A stretch of DNA of 64,000 nt from a virus. Made by a program: the position numbers and the translations under genes. The stretch lies in IMG/VR virus record IMGVR_UViG_3300020450_000018, positions 8,177 through 72,176 of that record; one strand, 5' to 3'. This document shows, one piece after another, positions 1 to 9,397 of the stretch. Each line of letters starts with the position of its first letter. Position 1 is the first letter of the stretch. Under the pieces are notes generated by a model. That model ran no database searches and was not told the origin of the DNA. It saw only the letters and a list, made by a program, of their open reading frames with translations.

Positions 1-552
1 CTCTGATGGAAGTCTTCCAACTCTTGGGTCACTGTCCTTGACTGTGTGTGGATCCATCTCACCTTTGGGTAGATAAGCAAGTTCACGCAATGACCTAACT
101 GCGGGATTGCTTGTAACATTAGTGGGAAGTCGTCCAAGAGCGACATTATCATAGTTAAGTTGATGCCTGTCAAATGTAGCGAGTTCATATTCTTCAGTCA
201 TAGATAAACAATTTGTAGGGCAGTATTCTACGCAGTTACCACAGAATATACATGCTCCAAAATCTATTGAGTAATTTCTTAGTTCCTTTTTCTTAGTCTC
301 CTTGTTCATCACCCAGTCTACCACAGGTAGATTAATTGGGCATACTCTCACACACACTTCACAAGCTATGCATTTATCAAACTCATAGTGTATGCGACCA
401 CGATACCTTTCGGATGGTATGAGTTTTTCATATGGATACTGTACCGTTACAGGTCTCCTCCCCATATGATCTAAAGTAACAGAAAAACCTTGCAACAGAT
501 ATTTTGCTGCGTCTTTAATTTCTTTTAGATAACTAAGAACTCCTTTAATCAT
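1..552 (-). CDS. ndhI: NAD(P)H-quinone oxidoreductase (NDH-1) subunit I, 3'-truncated by window edge; auxiliary metabolic gene
   Basis: Not in ORF track. Manual translation from ATG at 552: [76 protein letters not shown]...[27 protein letters not shown]. Two CxxCxxCxxxCP 4Fe-4S motifs in typical cyanobacterial NdhI context. Confidence 0.97.
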   Translation of the reverse strand, partial: MIKGVLSYLKEIKDAAKYLLQGFSVTLDHMGRRPVTVQYPYEKLIPSERYRGRIHYEFDKCIACEVCVRVCPINLPVVDWVMNKETKKKELRNYSIDFGACIFCGNCVEYCPTNCLSMTEEYELATFDRHQLNYDNVALGRLPTNVTSNPAVRSLRELAYLPKGEMDPHTVKDSDPRVGRLPSE

Positions 553-635
553 ACCCAAGCGTATTGTGAGAGTAAAAGTGCAACACTAATTGTTCCGAAT
601 AAGATGCAAGATGAAGTGATTGGTAAATCTTTCAT
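549..635 (-). CDS. 28-aa single-transmembrane peptide
   Basis: [28 protein letters not shown]; ATGA overlap with ndhI start; lies directly downstream of a promoter. Confidence 0.6.
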   Translation of the reverse strand: MKDLPITSSCILFGTISVALLLSQYAWV

Positions 636-656
636 AAACCTTTTTAACTCTGTAGG

Positions 657-692
657 TATTTATACTATAAGTCTTTTTACCTACTTTGTCAA
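657..692 (-). promoter_or_regulatory. Fused sigma70-like promoter and T4-type late promoter
   Basis: Minus strand TTGACA(692-687)-17 nt-TATAGT(669-664), overlapping TATAAATA(664-657). Confidence 0.8.
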
Positions 693-838
693 ATGCTGGT
701 TTCATCATCTATCAAAACTTTGTGTGCTGTTCCATGACCATCATAGTCACCACTGTCATAATAACCACCCTTTGTGCCAAAGTAAAGTGTCAAAGCTACA
801 AAAGGAAGTGCCGAAAATATCAAAGCAGTTTCTAACAT
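689..838 (-). CDS. ndhP: NDH-1 small subunit NdhP (49 aa)
   Basis: Not in ORF track. MLETALIFSALPFVALTLYFGTKGGYYDSGDYDGHGTAHKVLIDDETSI*; a TM helix followed by a match to the NdhP signature FGTxxGxYDxxxYxGxGxAH; start overlaps the gp16 stop. Confidence 0.88.
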   Translation of the reverse strand: MLETALIFSALPFVALTLYFGTKGGYYDSGDYDGHGTAHKVLIDDETSI

Positions 839-1239
839 TATCTTTTTCCTCCACCCATTTGTTTAAGCATTTTTTGTAATTCTGATGTAGAACCTACGAA
901 CATAGCATTGTTGGTAACTTTACTAGGACCTTTTTGTTCTTCATCAAGATCCTTCATTTTTTTATGTAGATCTTGGAGTTTTTCAGTCATATCAGCGACG
1001 TGTTTCATTGCTGCTACAGCGACTTCGTATGCTCTAGGGTGACCACTTTCCTGTGCTACCTCTAAGGCACCTTTGACCGCCTCCTGACCCTGATCTATCA
1101 ATGAGTATAACTCACCACGAGTATACTCGTAGTCCTTTTGTTGATCATCATCTTTTGATTTTACTTTAGGTGCTGGTGGTTTGTCAACATGTTCTACATC
1201 AATGTTGAGAAGTTCCTCCATATTATCTTCTAGGTTCAT
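838..1239 (-). CDS. gp16: Terminase small subunit
   Basis: DYEYTRGELY, HPRAYEV, NNAMFVGSTSELQKML motifs; follows gp15. Confidence 0.93.
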   Translation of the reverse strand: MNLEDNMEELLNIDVEHVDKPPAPKVKSKDDDQQKDYEYTRGELYSLIDQGQEAVKGALEVAQESGHPRAYEVAVAAMKHVADMTEKLQDLHKKMKDLDEEQKGPSKVTNNAMFVGSTSELQKMLKQMGGGKR

Positions 1240-2036
1240 AAGAATTCTATCCCTTCATTAAATCCAAAGTCATCACCAGCATCCACTAACACATCATCAG
1301 CTGCATCAACCTGACCGTCTTGATTGATATCTGTTTTTGCTTTAGGTGTATATGTTCTGGTAATAGTCCTACGATTAATTGCTCTATCACCAAGTGTCTC
1401 ATGTATGATTGCCTTCTTAATAACATCTGATGTATTGTAAGGACCGTATAGATAAGACTTCATCGTAAAGTTTAGAGTATAGATGATGTATCTACGTTCA
1501 TAGAAACTATCATCCCATGCATCCTCATATCCAACGTTATTTAAAACTACTGCAATATCACGTTTTTCATTCATGTCAGGAATCATGTTAAGCGTGATGC
1601 TAAATGATGGTTGGAAATATGGTAGGATTTGTTCCGTAATCTGTAAGGCGTCGTCTTGTGACTTAGCGATTACGCCAAGTTCAAATGACAGATTGTATGG
1701 CACTGGCACATACTGCACTCTTACCTCACCACCATTACCATCAATAATAGTTTTGTATTTTTGAATTGGAGATGTTTTACGAGTAGCATCATAATCAATA
1801 CTTGTCATTTCAAAGTACAGACGTGGTAAAGTAATTGCTACTTTTTTATTAGATGTATTTTCTTCTAGTCTAACAATAAATTTTTGTTTAGGACCGTAAG
1901 CTAGAGGAACTTTTAGTTCTTCCAATACAGTTCCGTCACTTGGATCCGTACTCTTCATTGTAATATTATTGAAGAGCGTACCAAATGCAACAATGTTCTT
2001 ACGAACAATTTGATTGTAAAAGTGTGATCCTAACAT
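1236..2036 (-). CDS. gp15: Tail sheath stabiliser / tail completion protein
   Basis: FGTLFNNI, VPLAYGPKQKF, LPRLYFE, EQILPYFQP motifs; synteny. Confidence 0.93.
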   Translation of the reverse strand: MLGSHFYNQIVRKNIVAFGTLFNNITMKSTDPSDGTVLEELKVPLAYGPKQKFIVRLEENTSNKKVAITLPRLYFEMTSIDYDATRKTSPIQKYKTIIDGNGGEVRVQYVPVPYNLSFELGVIAKSQDDALQITEQILPYFQPSFSITLNMIPDMNEKRDIAVVLNNVGYEDAWDDSFYERRYIIYTLNFTMKSYLYGPYNTSDVIKKAIIHETLGDRAINRRTITRTYTPKAKTDINQDGQVDAADDVLVDAGDDFGFNEGIEFL

Positions 2037-3160
2037 TAGATACTACCTGTAAAATTACCAAATTCACCAAATGGATTACCCTCAGTCCAATCCACTATGT
2101 TATCAGCATCATCTTCAATCTCTCTATTCTGATCGTAGCTGCTGTTGACATTATTTAGAGTGTCAAATGTCTCAGGACTCCATTGAGCACCAGAGGTCAA
2201 TCCAGTAATGACCTCAGCAGTGGTAAAGGTTCCTGTCCTGTTGATGACTTGGAGCGATCTAGTTGCACTATCCCAAGACTTGACTTCTGCTCTATTGTCC
2301 TTAGGTGAATAATCAATGGTGACAGTAGGAGCAGATGTGTAACCTGTCCCACCAGCAGTAATAGTAATCCCGTTAACGATACCTGTGCTGCTAACCGTCG
2401 CAGTTGCTGTTGCTCCACTTCCTCCACCTCCTGTAATAGTAACTGTTGGTGGTGTGGCAACTTTATAGTGAGCACCACCGTCTGTAACTGTAACACTTGT
2501 AACAGCATCTCCTGTTATAGTAGATGTTGCTTTTGCTAGGAACTCATCACCAACAACTTCCTCACCTACGGTAAAGTCTCCAGAACCGCCAGGATCCATG
2601 ACTAATTTGATTGCATTGTCAAACAATCTCTCTACTGAATCAATTGTCTCAACACCAGTGTCAAAGTCATCTTGACCAACCTCATAGATCTCAGCAGTGA
2701 TAGCATAAAACTGGATCTTACCAAACTGGAAGAATGGTTCTTCCTTACCTACAAATTTAATTTCATATATATCTTCTGTTAATGGAAAGTATAGTAAGTC
2801 TCCCTCATTAGGTCTTTCTGGCACAGTCAAGGTAGGATTATGTTCTGTTACCTCTTCTGTCCATCGTCTTGTAGAGACACGGAATATAATTTCGTCCGTA
2901 ATTCTTAATCCAAACTTTGAGATAAACTCAGCATTGTCACCAAAACCCATGACGTTCTGTAGTATCATCTCTATCTGAAATTGTTCCTGATACTTAGAGT
3001 ATCTAACTTCATCCAAAGTGCTATCCTGCAGGACTATTCTAGGGATATAGTAAATGTCTGAACCAAACAGTTTGATTTGCTCATCCACAAGATCCTGAAC
3101 GAGATTCTGTTCGCCACTGTGACCTGAGTAATAAGTTGGAAAATAGGGACTTGTAGGCAT
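2036..3160 (-). CDS. gp14: Neck protein
   Basis: EQNLVQDLVDEQIKLFG, SKFGLRI, RPNEGDLLYFP, C-terminal NPFGEF; contains GGxGY..APTVTI insert. Confidence 0.93.
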   Translation of the reverse strand: MPTSPYFPTYYSGHSGEQNLVQDLVDEQIKLFGSDIYYIPRIVLQDSTLDEVRYSKYQEQFQIEMILQNVMGFGDNAEFISKFGLRITDEIIFRVSTRRWTEEVTEHNPTLTVPERPNEGDLLYFPLTEDIYEIKFVGKEEPFFQFGKIQFYAITAEIYEVGQDDFDTGVETIDSVERLFDNAIKLVMDPGGSGDFTVGEEVVGDEFLAKATSTITGDAVTSVTVTDGGAHYKVATPPTVTITGGGGSGATATATVSSTGIVNGITITAGGTGYTSAPTVTIDYSPKDNRAEVKSWDSATRSLQVINRTGTFTTAEVITGLTSGAQWSPETFDTLNNVNSSYDQNREIEDDADNIVDWTEGNPFGEFGNFTGSI

Positions 3161-3307
3161 TTATTTTGTGGGTGTAATTTGACGACAGATTAAATATGGA
3201 TTAACCATTTTACATTGCAGTGCCTTATCTGCTCTAATTGAAATAATTATAATAAAAAGTTGTACAATTATAGTTATTGGTATAACGTACTTAAATAATT
3301 TTTTCAT
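3161..3307 (-). CDS. 48-aa putative membrane-anchored protein
   Basis: MKKLFKYVIPITIIVQLFIIIISIRADKALQCKMVNPYLICRQITPTK*; fills the gp13-gp14 gap exactly. Confidence 0.6.
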   Translation of the reverse strand: MKKLFKYVIPITIIVQLFIIIISIRADKALQCKMVNPYLICRQITPTK

Positions 3308-4131
3308 TATCCTATCATATCCATTGGTGGTATTGCGTACTTGCTAAGAACCTCAGATTCAATTTTCTCAATTTCTGCAAGTGCGTCTGTGTAGATTTCT
3401 CTACCGTTAAGTGTAACTCCGCCAGGTAACTGAACATTGTTATACTTAATTAAATTCATACCCCACTGTCTCTTCATGAGAGATGTGGCATATTTTTTAA
3501 CAAAAACATCATTGTTCATCTGTACAGCTTCCGTAGGATCTATAAAACGATGACATTCAATAAGAATGTTAGTTCCTTCTTTAAGAAAATCTTTGTCAAT
3601 ATCCAAGTACAGACGATCATTACGTGCTGTAAATCTAAACTGCTGGAAAGATCCATTGTTTAGAACCATATCTAGAGTTTCTAGATACTGTTTAGTCATG
3701 TAGTAGTTGAGGATATCAAGTGATCCAAATGCATATAAGTCATTTAAGAACAACTGATACTCAACACCGAAGAGATTAGAACGAATTGAGTTACTAACAA
3801 GACCAAATACTTTAGAAATACCAACTACATGATCAGGAATCGGAATAAAATTTGTTGCCTCTAACCAAGTTCCAGTAGCATTTGGTGTGACATTAGTATC
3901 GGTAATTGTTTTAGTAGTTGTTGCTGCAAAACGAGTTTTATCATCTGCAGTAATTTCATGGTACAAATATGCACGCTCCATGCCATTGTAACAATTCTCT
4001 TGGAAGAACTGAAACGTGTCGTCTATTACGTTGTTGACCTGTTCATCATCTATGTTAACTTGCAACACAGGTTCGCCAAGTTGCCTCTTACAATATGTGA
4101 TGAGCTCAGCTCTAGAACTTGGAGATGCCAT
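3307..4131 (-). CDS. gp13: Neck protein
   Basis: YCKRQLGEPVLQVNIDDEQ, KRQWGMNLIKY, LPGGVTLNG; likely start MASPS at 4131. Confidence 0.93.
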   Translation of the reverse strand: MASPSSRAELITYCKRQLGEPVLQVNIDDEQVNNVIDDTFQFFQENCYNGMERAYLYHEITADDKTRFAATTTKTITDTNVTPNATGTWLEATNFIPIPDHVVGISKVFGLVSNSIRSNLFGVEYQLFLNDLYAFGSLDILNYYMTKQYLETLDMVLNNGSFQQFRFTARNDRLYLDIDKDFLKEGTNILIECHRFIDPTEAVQMNNDVFVKKYATSLMKRQWGMNLIKYNNVQLPGGVTLNGREIYTDALAEIEKIESEVLSKYAIPPMDMIG

Positions 4132-4138
4132 TATACAC

Positions 4139-4174
4139 AAAAAATCCCTTCTTACCTATTTAGGAAGAAGGGAT
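4139..4174 (-). terminator. Intrinsic terminator with a late promoter (CTAAATA, 4157-4163) inside the hairpin
   Basis: ATCCCTTCTT(4144-53)/AAGAAGGGAT(4165-74) inverted repeat followed by a T-run on the minus strand. Confidence 0.7.
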
Positions 4175-4181
4175 CTGGTAT

Positions 4182-4379
4182 TTATTCAGATGGGGTTTCT
4201 GTTTCTGGTGGGGAAGTTTCTTCTGGTTTTTCTTCTAGAAGTTTCAAAGTTTCTAAACCACCCTCTAGTTTAATTTTATATTCTTTTGCTTTGACTAGGT
4301 TTTCCTCTAGTTCTCCAATTTGCTTTACTGTAGTAGCAATTTGGTCTTCAAAATTTTTCTTAAGTTGTGTTGGATCCAT
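4182..4379 (-). CDS. Small coiled-coil hypothetical protein
   Basis: 65-aa ORF with heptad pattern. Confidence 0.7.
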   Translation of the reverse strand: MDPTQLKKNFEDQIATTVKQIGELEENLVKAKEYKIKLEGGLETLKLLEEKPEETSPPETETPSE

Positions 4380-4388
4380 AGTAATTAA

Positions 4389-4955
4389 TTATCTAAGTTG
4401 GTCATATGCATGTTGGACATAGTATCCATCTGCTCTAACAAAATGAAAGAATGCTTGATGGAAACAAGAATCGGCGTTACCCTTCATTGGTTCTCGCCAA
4501 TGATAGAGGTCACAACCACGATATAGCACACCATCGCCAGGATTGCAAGTAATGCTTACTCTATCGCCTGCCTCGTTCTCAAAATATATAGGCCATTCGT
4601 AATTGAGGTTACTTGAGATATGATAACTAACACTTATTTCACAAGCACCTCTATCAATATGTCTTTCTAATTGATTACCTTTAAAGTAGAACCGATCAAA
4701 ATAATAAGATGGATATATTCTTTCACCCATCATCTTTTCTAAGATGTCTCTAATTTTTAGATGTAACTCTTTCATTGATGGATGATTATATCTAGAGTAA
4801 CTTCCTCCTACCTGTATCTCATCACGAAAGGTTACATTGCCAGGCGCATTGTATTCATATGTTCCTCTCTCCCATGGAGTAGGAATGATAAATTCATCTG
4901 GAGGATGTATGTCTTTAATCTTTGTGACTTGCCAGTCTTTAGGTAACTTATTCAT
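4389..4955 (-). CDS. 2OG-Fe(II) oxygenase-like protein
   Basis: HID..CEIS motif, distal HWREP, QAFFHFV; probable start at 4955 (ATGA overlap with upstream gene). Confidence 0.75.
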   Translation of the reverse strand: MNKLPKDWQVTKIKDIHPPDEFIIPTPWERGTYEYNAPGNVTFRDEIQVGGSYSRYNHPSMKELHLKIRDILEKMMGERIYPSYYFDRFYFKGNQLERHIDRGACEISVSYHISSNLNYEWPIYFENEAGDRVSITCNPGDGVLYRGCDLYHWREPMKGNADSCFHQAFFHFVRADGYYVQHAYDQLR

Positions 4956-5566
4956 TTCCATCGCGGACCGCTCACCCAACCTACTAATGATTTTCTTAAT
5001 CCAGAGTGAACCTCACAAGCTTGATGCATCACTCTACTATCAAAAACAATTATAGTTCCTCTTTCTTTTGGTATAAAATATGAATTACCAGTATCCCTTT
5101 TAAATTCTACCTCTCCTCCAGAATATTCATCAGGATTAGATAGTTGCATAATAAAACTAAGTTTTCTCACCTTTTCAGAACCCTTCATTATAAAATTTTC
5201 TCGGTGGTCTATAAGGTTACCTTCATTTTTAGGTGGCATTCCCATAGAATTTAAACTAGTATCCATGTGCCATCCATAATATTCACCACCCTCATATGAT
5301 GTATATTGCATGGTTTCTCCATCCCAACCATCAATATCATATAAGAAATTTTCCCTATTTGCAAGCAAGACATAATGAAAACAAAGACCTGCAACCCAAT
5401 GAGATGAACTAATCCAAGTAGTTTTACTATCTCTTTTTCTTAGATCAACACCACCTTGTGTATATGCTGTGTTTAAATTGGAATCAAATTGTTGTAAATC
5501 TTTCTCTACCGATGTAATCAACTCAGGTGGCATTTGTGTAAAATACCACAAACTATCCATTGACAT
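4952..5566 (-). CDS. 2OG-Fe(II) oxygenase, prolyl-4-hydroxylase/PKHD-like
   Basis: YGWHMD, RKLS.IMQLS.PDEYSGGE, FDSRVMHQ, RKSLVGWVSGP. Confidence 0.9.
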   Translation of the reverse strand: MSMDSLWYFTQMPPELITSVEKDLQQFDSNLNTAYTQGGVDLRKRDSKTTWISSSHWVAGLCFHYVLLANRENFLYDIDGWDGETMQYTSYEGGEYYGWHMDTSLNSMGMPPKNEGNLIDHRENFIMKGSEKVRKLSFIMQLSNPDEYSGGEVEFKRDTGNSYFIPKERGTIIVFDSRVMHQACEVHSGLRKSLVGWVSGPRWK

Positions 5567-5619
5567 AATACAATTTTCATACTAATATATACTATGTATA
5601 CTAGCATATAAAATTGATT

Positions 5620-5973
5620 ATGGCAATTACTGGTAAACTTGATGGTGAAGATTATACACTCGTAGCATCTGCAGGACAAACAACGGAAGCAGATATTGTT
5701 GTCGCAAATGACATCATTAGAATGTGTGAAGAACGAGGATTACAAGAACTTGTCTCAGCAATTAAAGTTCGCTATGGAATGGAAGAAGTAAAACATTATC
5801 CTTTGGATGGAAACCGTTTTGTAGAAGCATGTAAGGCATGTAACATTGCTGGCAATGTTCAAGGACATATTCATAGTGGAGATGAGGGTGCTGTAAGATA
5901 TCCTATTATTGCTGTTGTTGAAGACATCAGAAAATTTGAAGCACTATATGATTACATCAAAAATGATGCATAA
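5620..5973 (+). CDS. Hypothetical protein, first gene of the plus-strand cassette
   Basis: ORF; probable ATG at 5620. Confidence 0.7.
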   Translation: MAITGKLDGEDYTLVASAGQTTEADIVVANDIIRMCEERGLQELVSAIKVRYGMEEVKHYPLDGNRFVEACKACNIAGNVQGHIHSGDEGAVRYPIIAVVEDIRKFEALYDYIKNDA

Positions 5974-6568
5974 GGAACTAGCTTTTCCTACTCCCATCTA
6001 CGTATTTGATTATGGTAATAGTTCTATTCTAGAATCTCCTCTTAATCATGTATTGAGATGTGATTCTATCTCATCAGAAACTTGTAGAACCACTGACGAT
6101 AATCTAAATATTTTACCAATTTTTTCTGAACTTGTAAACGATTTAAAATTAAAAACAAAAATAGTTTTTGATGACATCAAGTTAAAATGTTCTGGAGAAA
6201 ATATAACTTGCATGTGGGCAAATGTATCTTCTAAATTGAATAGACATAACATGCATCTACATCCAAATTCATTTTTTTCTGGAGTATTATATTTGAATGC
6301 TCCTAAAAATTGTGGTAACGTAGGGTTTAAAGATCCTAGATACGGATCAGAACTTTTAGCATTTGACTTTGAGGATGGTTCTATCTTCCAACATAGAACG
6401 ATTGAAATAGAACCAATAACAGGAAGACTTATAATGTTCCCTAGCTGGTTATATCATGGCACTAGACAAGGAGAATTTGATCCACCAGAGGAGAGAGTAT
6501 CTTTGAGTTTTAATGTTATGCCAATTGCTAACATAAGAGATCATACTAGAAAACTAAATTTATTATGA
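5963..6568 (+). CDS. Putative 2OG-Fe(II) oxygenase (TIGR02466-like, HxH type)
   Basis: FPTPIY, MWAN, HLHPNSFFSGVLY, FxDPR, FPSWLYHG, RVSLSFN; probable start at 5963/5966. Confidence 0.88.
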   Translation: MMHKELAFPTPIYVFDYGNSSILESPLNHVLRCDSISSETCRTTDDNLNILPIFSELVNDLKLKTKIVFDDIKLKCSGENITCMWANVSSKLNRHNMHLHPNSFFSGVLYLNAPKNCGNVGFKDPRYGSELLAFDFEDGSIFQHRTIEIEPITGRLIMFPSWLYHGTRQGEFDPPEERVSLSFNVMPIANIRDHTRKLNLL

Positions 6569-7128
6569 TATGTCAAGTTATAGATGGAATGTTTGACTCT
6601 AGATTTCTCACAGAACTAGATTACAAACTTAGAGATTTACCAGTTCACACAAACAATGTGGCAAATAGATCATCTTGGCCATATCGTTATGAAGGCACTC
6701 ACAGACTATTTGGAAAAACTATCTTTAGTAGAAAATCTATCAATAGAATCACAACCTTAGATGAAAACGCTAATGTTTTCTTTGATATTTTTGAAGAGAT
6801 AGAAAAGAGATTTGATAAAAAATTATATTTGTATGAGATAGCTATAAATTGCCAACACACAGGATGCAATGGTAGTACACATATAGATAGTGAAACTGAA
6901 GGAGAATATACTGTCATGCTGATGACAAATTCTCATTGGGATCCTTCTTGGGGAGGACAGTTTCAATTAACTAAAGGTAATGAGGTTGTTGAGGAACATG
7001 AATATGTGCCAGGAAGACTTCTTATAATTCCATCTAATCATGAACATAAAGGTCTAGGACCTACAAAAGAATATGTGTATAGATACACGGTGGTTTATAG
7101 AATTAGATATTTGGAGGAAATTTTGTGA
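6565..7128 (+). CDS. 2OG-Fe(II) oxygenase (HxD type)
   Basis: HID, WDPSWGG, PGRLLIIPSNHEH, R.TVVY. Confidence 0.85.
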   Translation: MICQVIDGMFDSRFLTELDYKLRDLPVHTNNVANRSSWPYRYEGTHRLFGKTIFSRKSINRITTLDENANVFFDIFEEIEKRFDKKLYLYEIAINCQHTGCNGSTHIDSETEGEYTVMLMTNSHWDPSWGGQFQLTKGNEVVEEHEYVPGRLLIIPSNHEHKGLGPTKEYVYRYTVVYRIRYLEEIL

Positions 7129-7673
7129 TTAGTTTATTCTCTACTAAAATTGTTTACGTTGATAACTGCAATCTTAATTTAGAAAATTTAGAACGCAAGT
7201 GTAGAAATCACATGGTAACAGAACCATCAAGCACGAGGTCTAATGTTGGAGGATATCAAGGACACTTCTTTGACGATAACGAATTATATAAGTTAATTGA
7301 AAGAAGCATTCCAAGTGTTCAAGATAAACCTATTAAAAAATATAAGTATGGAGCTTGGGTAAATGTAAATGGATTTGGATCATATAATGAAAGACATCAC
7401 CATGATCCACATTCAGGAACTTTTATGAGTGGAGTTTTTTATGTGAAGTGTCCAGAAGGATCTGGTAGAATTAGATTCTATGATCCAAGACCACATATCA
7501 GCACTAGTGCTGATATGAAATATTATAATGGTGGAGACACTTATCATTGGTTTCCTCCTATTCCAAACACATTAATTATGTTTCCTGGTTGGTTGGAACA
7601 TGATGTAGAAATTAATAGATCACAAGAAGAAAGAATATCAATCTCTTTCAATATATTTGATGTAGAATATTAA
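7125..7673 (+). CDS. Putative 2OG-Fe(II) oxygenase (TIGR02466-like)
   Basis: SNVGGYQ, WVNVN, HHH, SGVFYV, FYDPRP, FPGWLEHDV, RISISFN. Confidence 0.9.
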   Translation: MISLFSTKIVYVDNCNLNLENLERKCRNHMVTEPSSTRSNVGGYQGHFFDDNELYKLIERSIPSVQDKPIKKYKYGAWVNVNGFGSYNERHHHDPHSGTFMSGVFYVKCPEGSGRIRFYDPRPHISTSADMKYYNGGDTYHWFPPIPNTLIMFPGWLEHDVEINRSQEERISISFNIFDVEY

Positions 7674-7675
7674 TT

Positions 7676-8233
7676 ATGGATACGTTGTATCAAGGATCTA
7701 TGTTTCAAATTCCTTTTCTACATTTAAAGGTAAGGGATTGGATTACAAAAAAAGCATATCTTATAGATTCTGTTTCTAAAAACAAAGTGTTTGCAATGAA
7801 TAATCCTCTACATGCACACACAGATTTTCATAGTCAAAATGATCAAGAAATACACAACATCAAATCTGAGGATGTAGAGACATTATTCAAAGATGAGTTG
7901 AGTAGTCTTTTTAATTTTATTGGAACCAATAAAGGAGAGGTAACAAATTCTTGGTTTGAGTTTGCTCAAGCTAATCAATTTCATAATGTTCATAACCACG
8001 GACCTACTGGATACAGTTGTGTTTGTTTTGTGGAGTATAATAAAGAACACCACACACCAACAAATTTTATTTGTCCATATAATGATGTTATGACTGGAGA
8101 CATGATTCATTTTTCTCCAAAAAATATTAAAGAGGGATCTATCATTTTCTTTCCTTCTTTAATACCACATTTTACAGATCCAAATGTAAGTGGAGTTCCT
8201 AGAATTATTTTTTCTTTTAATATTAGGTGGTAA
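7676..8233 (+). CDS. Putative 2OG-Fe(II) oxygenase (HxH type)
   Basis: HNVHNHG, EGSIIFFPSLIPH, RIIFSFN. Confidence 0.85.
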   Translation: MDTLYQGSMFQIPFLHLKVRDWITKKAYLIDSVSKNKVFAMNNPLHAHTDFHSQNDQEIHNIKSEDVETLFKDELSSLFNFIGTNKGEVTNSWFEFAQANQFHNVHNHGPTGYSCVCFVEYNKEHHTPTNFICPYNDVMTGDMIHFSPKNIKEGSIIFFPSLIPHFTDPNVSGVPRIIFSFNIRW

Positions 8234-8829
8234 TGTACTATAAAGTAATTGACGATGTAATCTCTAAAGATTATCAAAAATATATTCAGAGTGTAATATA
8301 TGATATGATGTGGGCATATAAACATACTCTATCTGCAAACACACCTTTAGGAGAGGAAGAAAATTTTGTTGATGTACCTGGTTTTTCTAAAGTTTTTTAC
8401 AATCAGGAGGGAGTTCAAAACCAATTGCTTTATAATACAGCAATGCCTTTAGCTCATATTTGTTGCTCAAAAATCAATGTTGAAATAGAAACTATATACT
8501 ATGGAAGAAGTTTTCTGCAGGTTCCACTGCAAGATAAATCAGGTATCAGCAATCCACATATAGATATCACAAACTTTAATCATTTAGTTTGTCTATATTA
8601 TGTTTTTGATTCTGATGGAGATACTGTATTTTTTGATAAACGATCCGATAGTGAGGAAAGACCTTCTTTTAAAGATTATAAAATCATTGATAGAGTGACC
8701 CCAAAACAAGGAAGAGTTGTATTGTTTGATGGACGACAATACCACGCAAATTGTCTTCCAAGAAAATCTGATGTCCGTTCAGTAATAAACATGAATTTGG
8801 GAGCGAATTACACAAATGTATTACAATGA
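8227..8829 (+). CDS. 2OG-Fe(II) oxygenase (HxD type)
   Basis: PHID, LYYV.DSDGDT, PKQGRVVLFDG..YHA, RSVINMN. Confidence 0.85.
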   Translation: MVMYYKVIDDVISKDYQKYIQSVIYDMMWAYKHTLSANTPLGEEENFVDVPGFSKVFYNQEGVQNQLLYNTAMPLAHICCSKINVEIETIYYGRSFLQVPLQDKSGISNPHIDITNFNHLVCLYYVFDSDGDTVFFDKRSDSEERPSFKDYKIIDRVTPKQGRVVLFDGRQYHANCLPRKSDVRSVINMNLGANYTNVLQ

Positions 8830-9397
8830 AGTTAATTTTTTAACAGACGAAGAAAAATCTAAAATTGATTCTGAAATCATGGGAAATAATTTTCCATGGT
8901 ATTATCAAAATTATTCTACCTCAGATAAATTTCCATTTTATTCTCATGTAGTAATTCCTAGATGTGAAGATGATGAAATTAATAATTCTAATTCTACAAT
9001 GTATGATTTTTTTCTAAACATAGTTGATAGATTTAGAGAAAAAAATAACATGGAAAAAACTCCATTACTTAGAGCTTGTTTAAATTCAAGCAGTGGTTTT
9101 GATGATTATCCTCATAGTGATATTCATGTAGACCATCATTTTGGACATAAAACATTTATAATTTATCTTAATGATGATTTTGATGGTGGTGACACCATTT
9201 TGTTTAGTAGATACTGGGTTGAAGGTCTACAAACAAATTATAAACTTGAGTCTTATAACAAAGAAGAGTTCCCAGAATTAACTAGAATTACTCCAGAAAA
9301 ACATAAAGTTGTTTGTTTTGATGGTAGAATTTTTCATGCAACAGAGTGGACTAAAAATAATAAAAGAAGAGTAATTTTTATTGCAACTTTTAAATAA
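8816..9397 (+). CDS. 2OG-Fe(II) oxygenase (HxD type)
   Basis: FPWYY, HVD, IIYLND..GGDT, FDG.IFHA, RRVI. Confidence 0.85.
   Translation: MYYNEVNFLTDEEKSKIDSEIMGNNFPWYYQNYSTSDKFPFYSHVVIPRCEDDEINNSNSTMYDFFLNIVDRFREKNNMEKTPLLRACLNSSSGFDDYPHSDIHVDHHFGHKTFIIYLNDDFDGGDTILFSRYWVEGLQTNYKLESYNKEEFPELTRITPEKHKVVCFDGRIFHATEWTKNNKRRVIFIATFK

Noticed and set aside
604-879. 91-aa His-rich plus-strand ORF in the track
   Set aside because: Antisense to the recognisable ndhP and its promoter region
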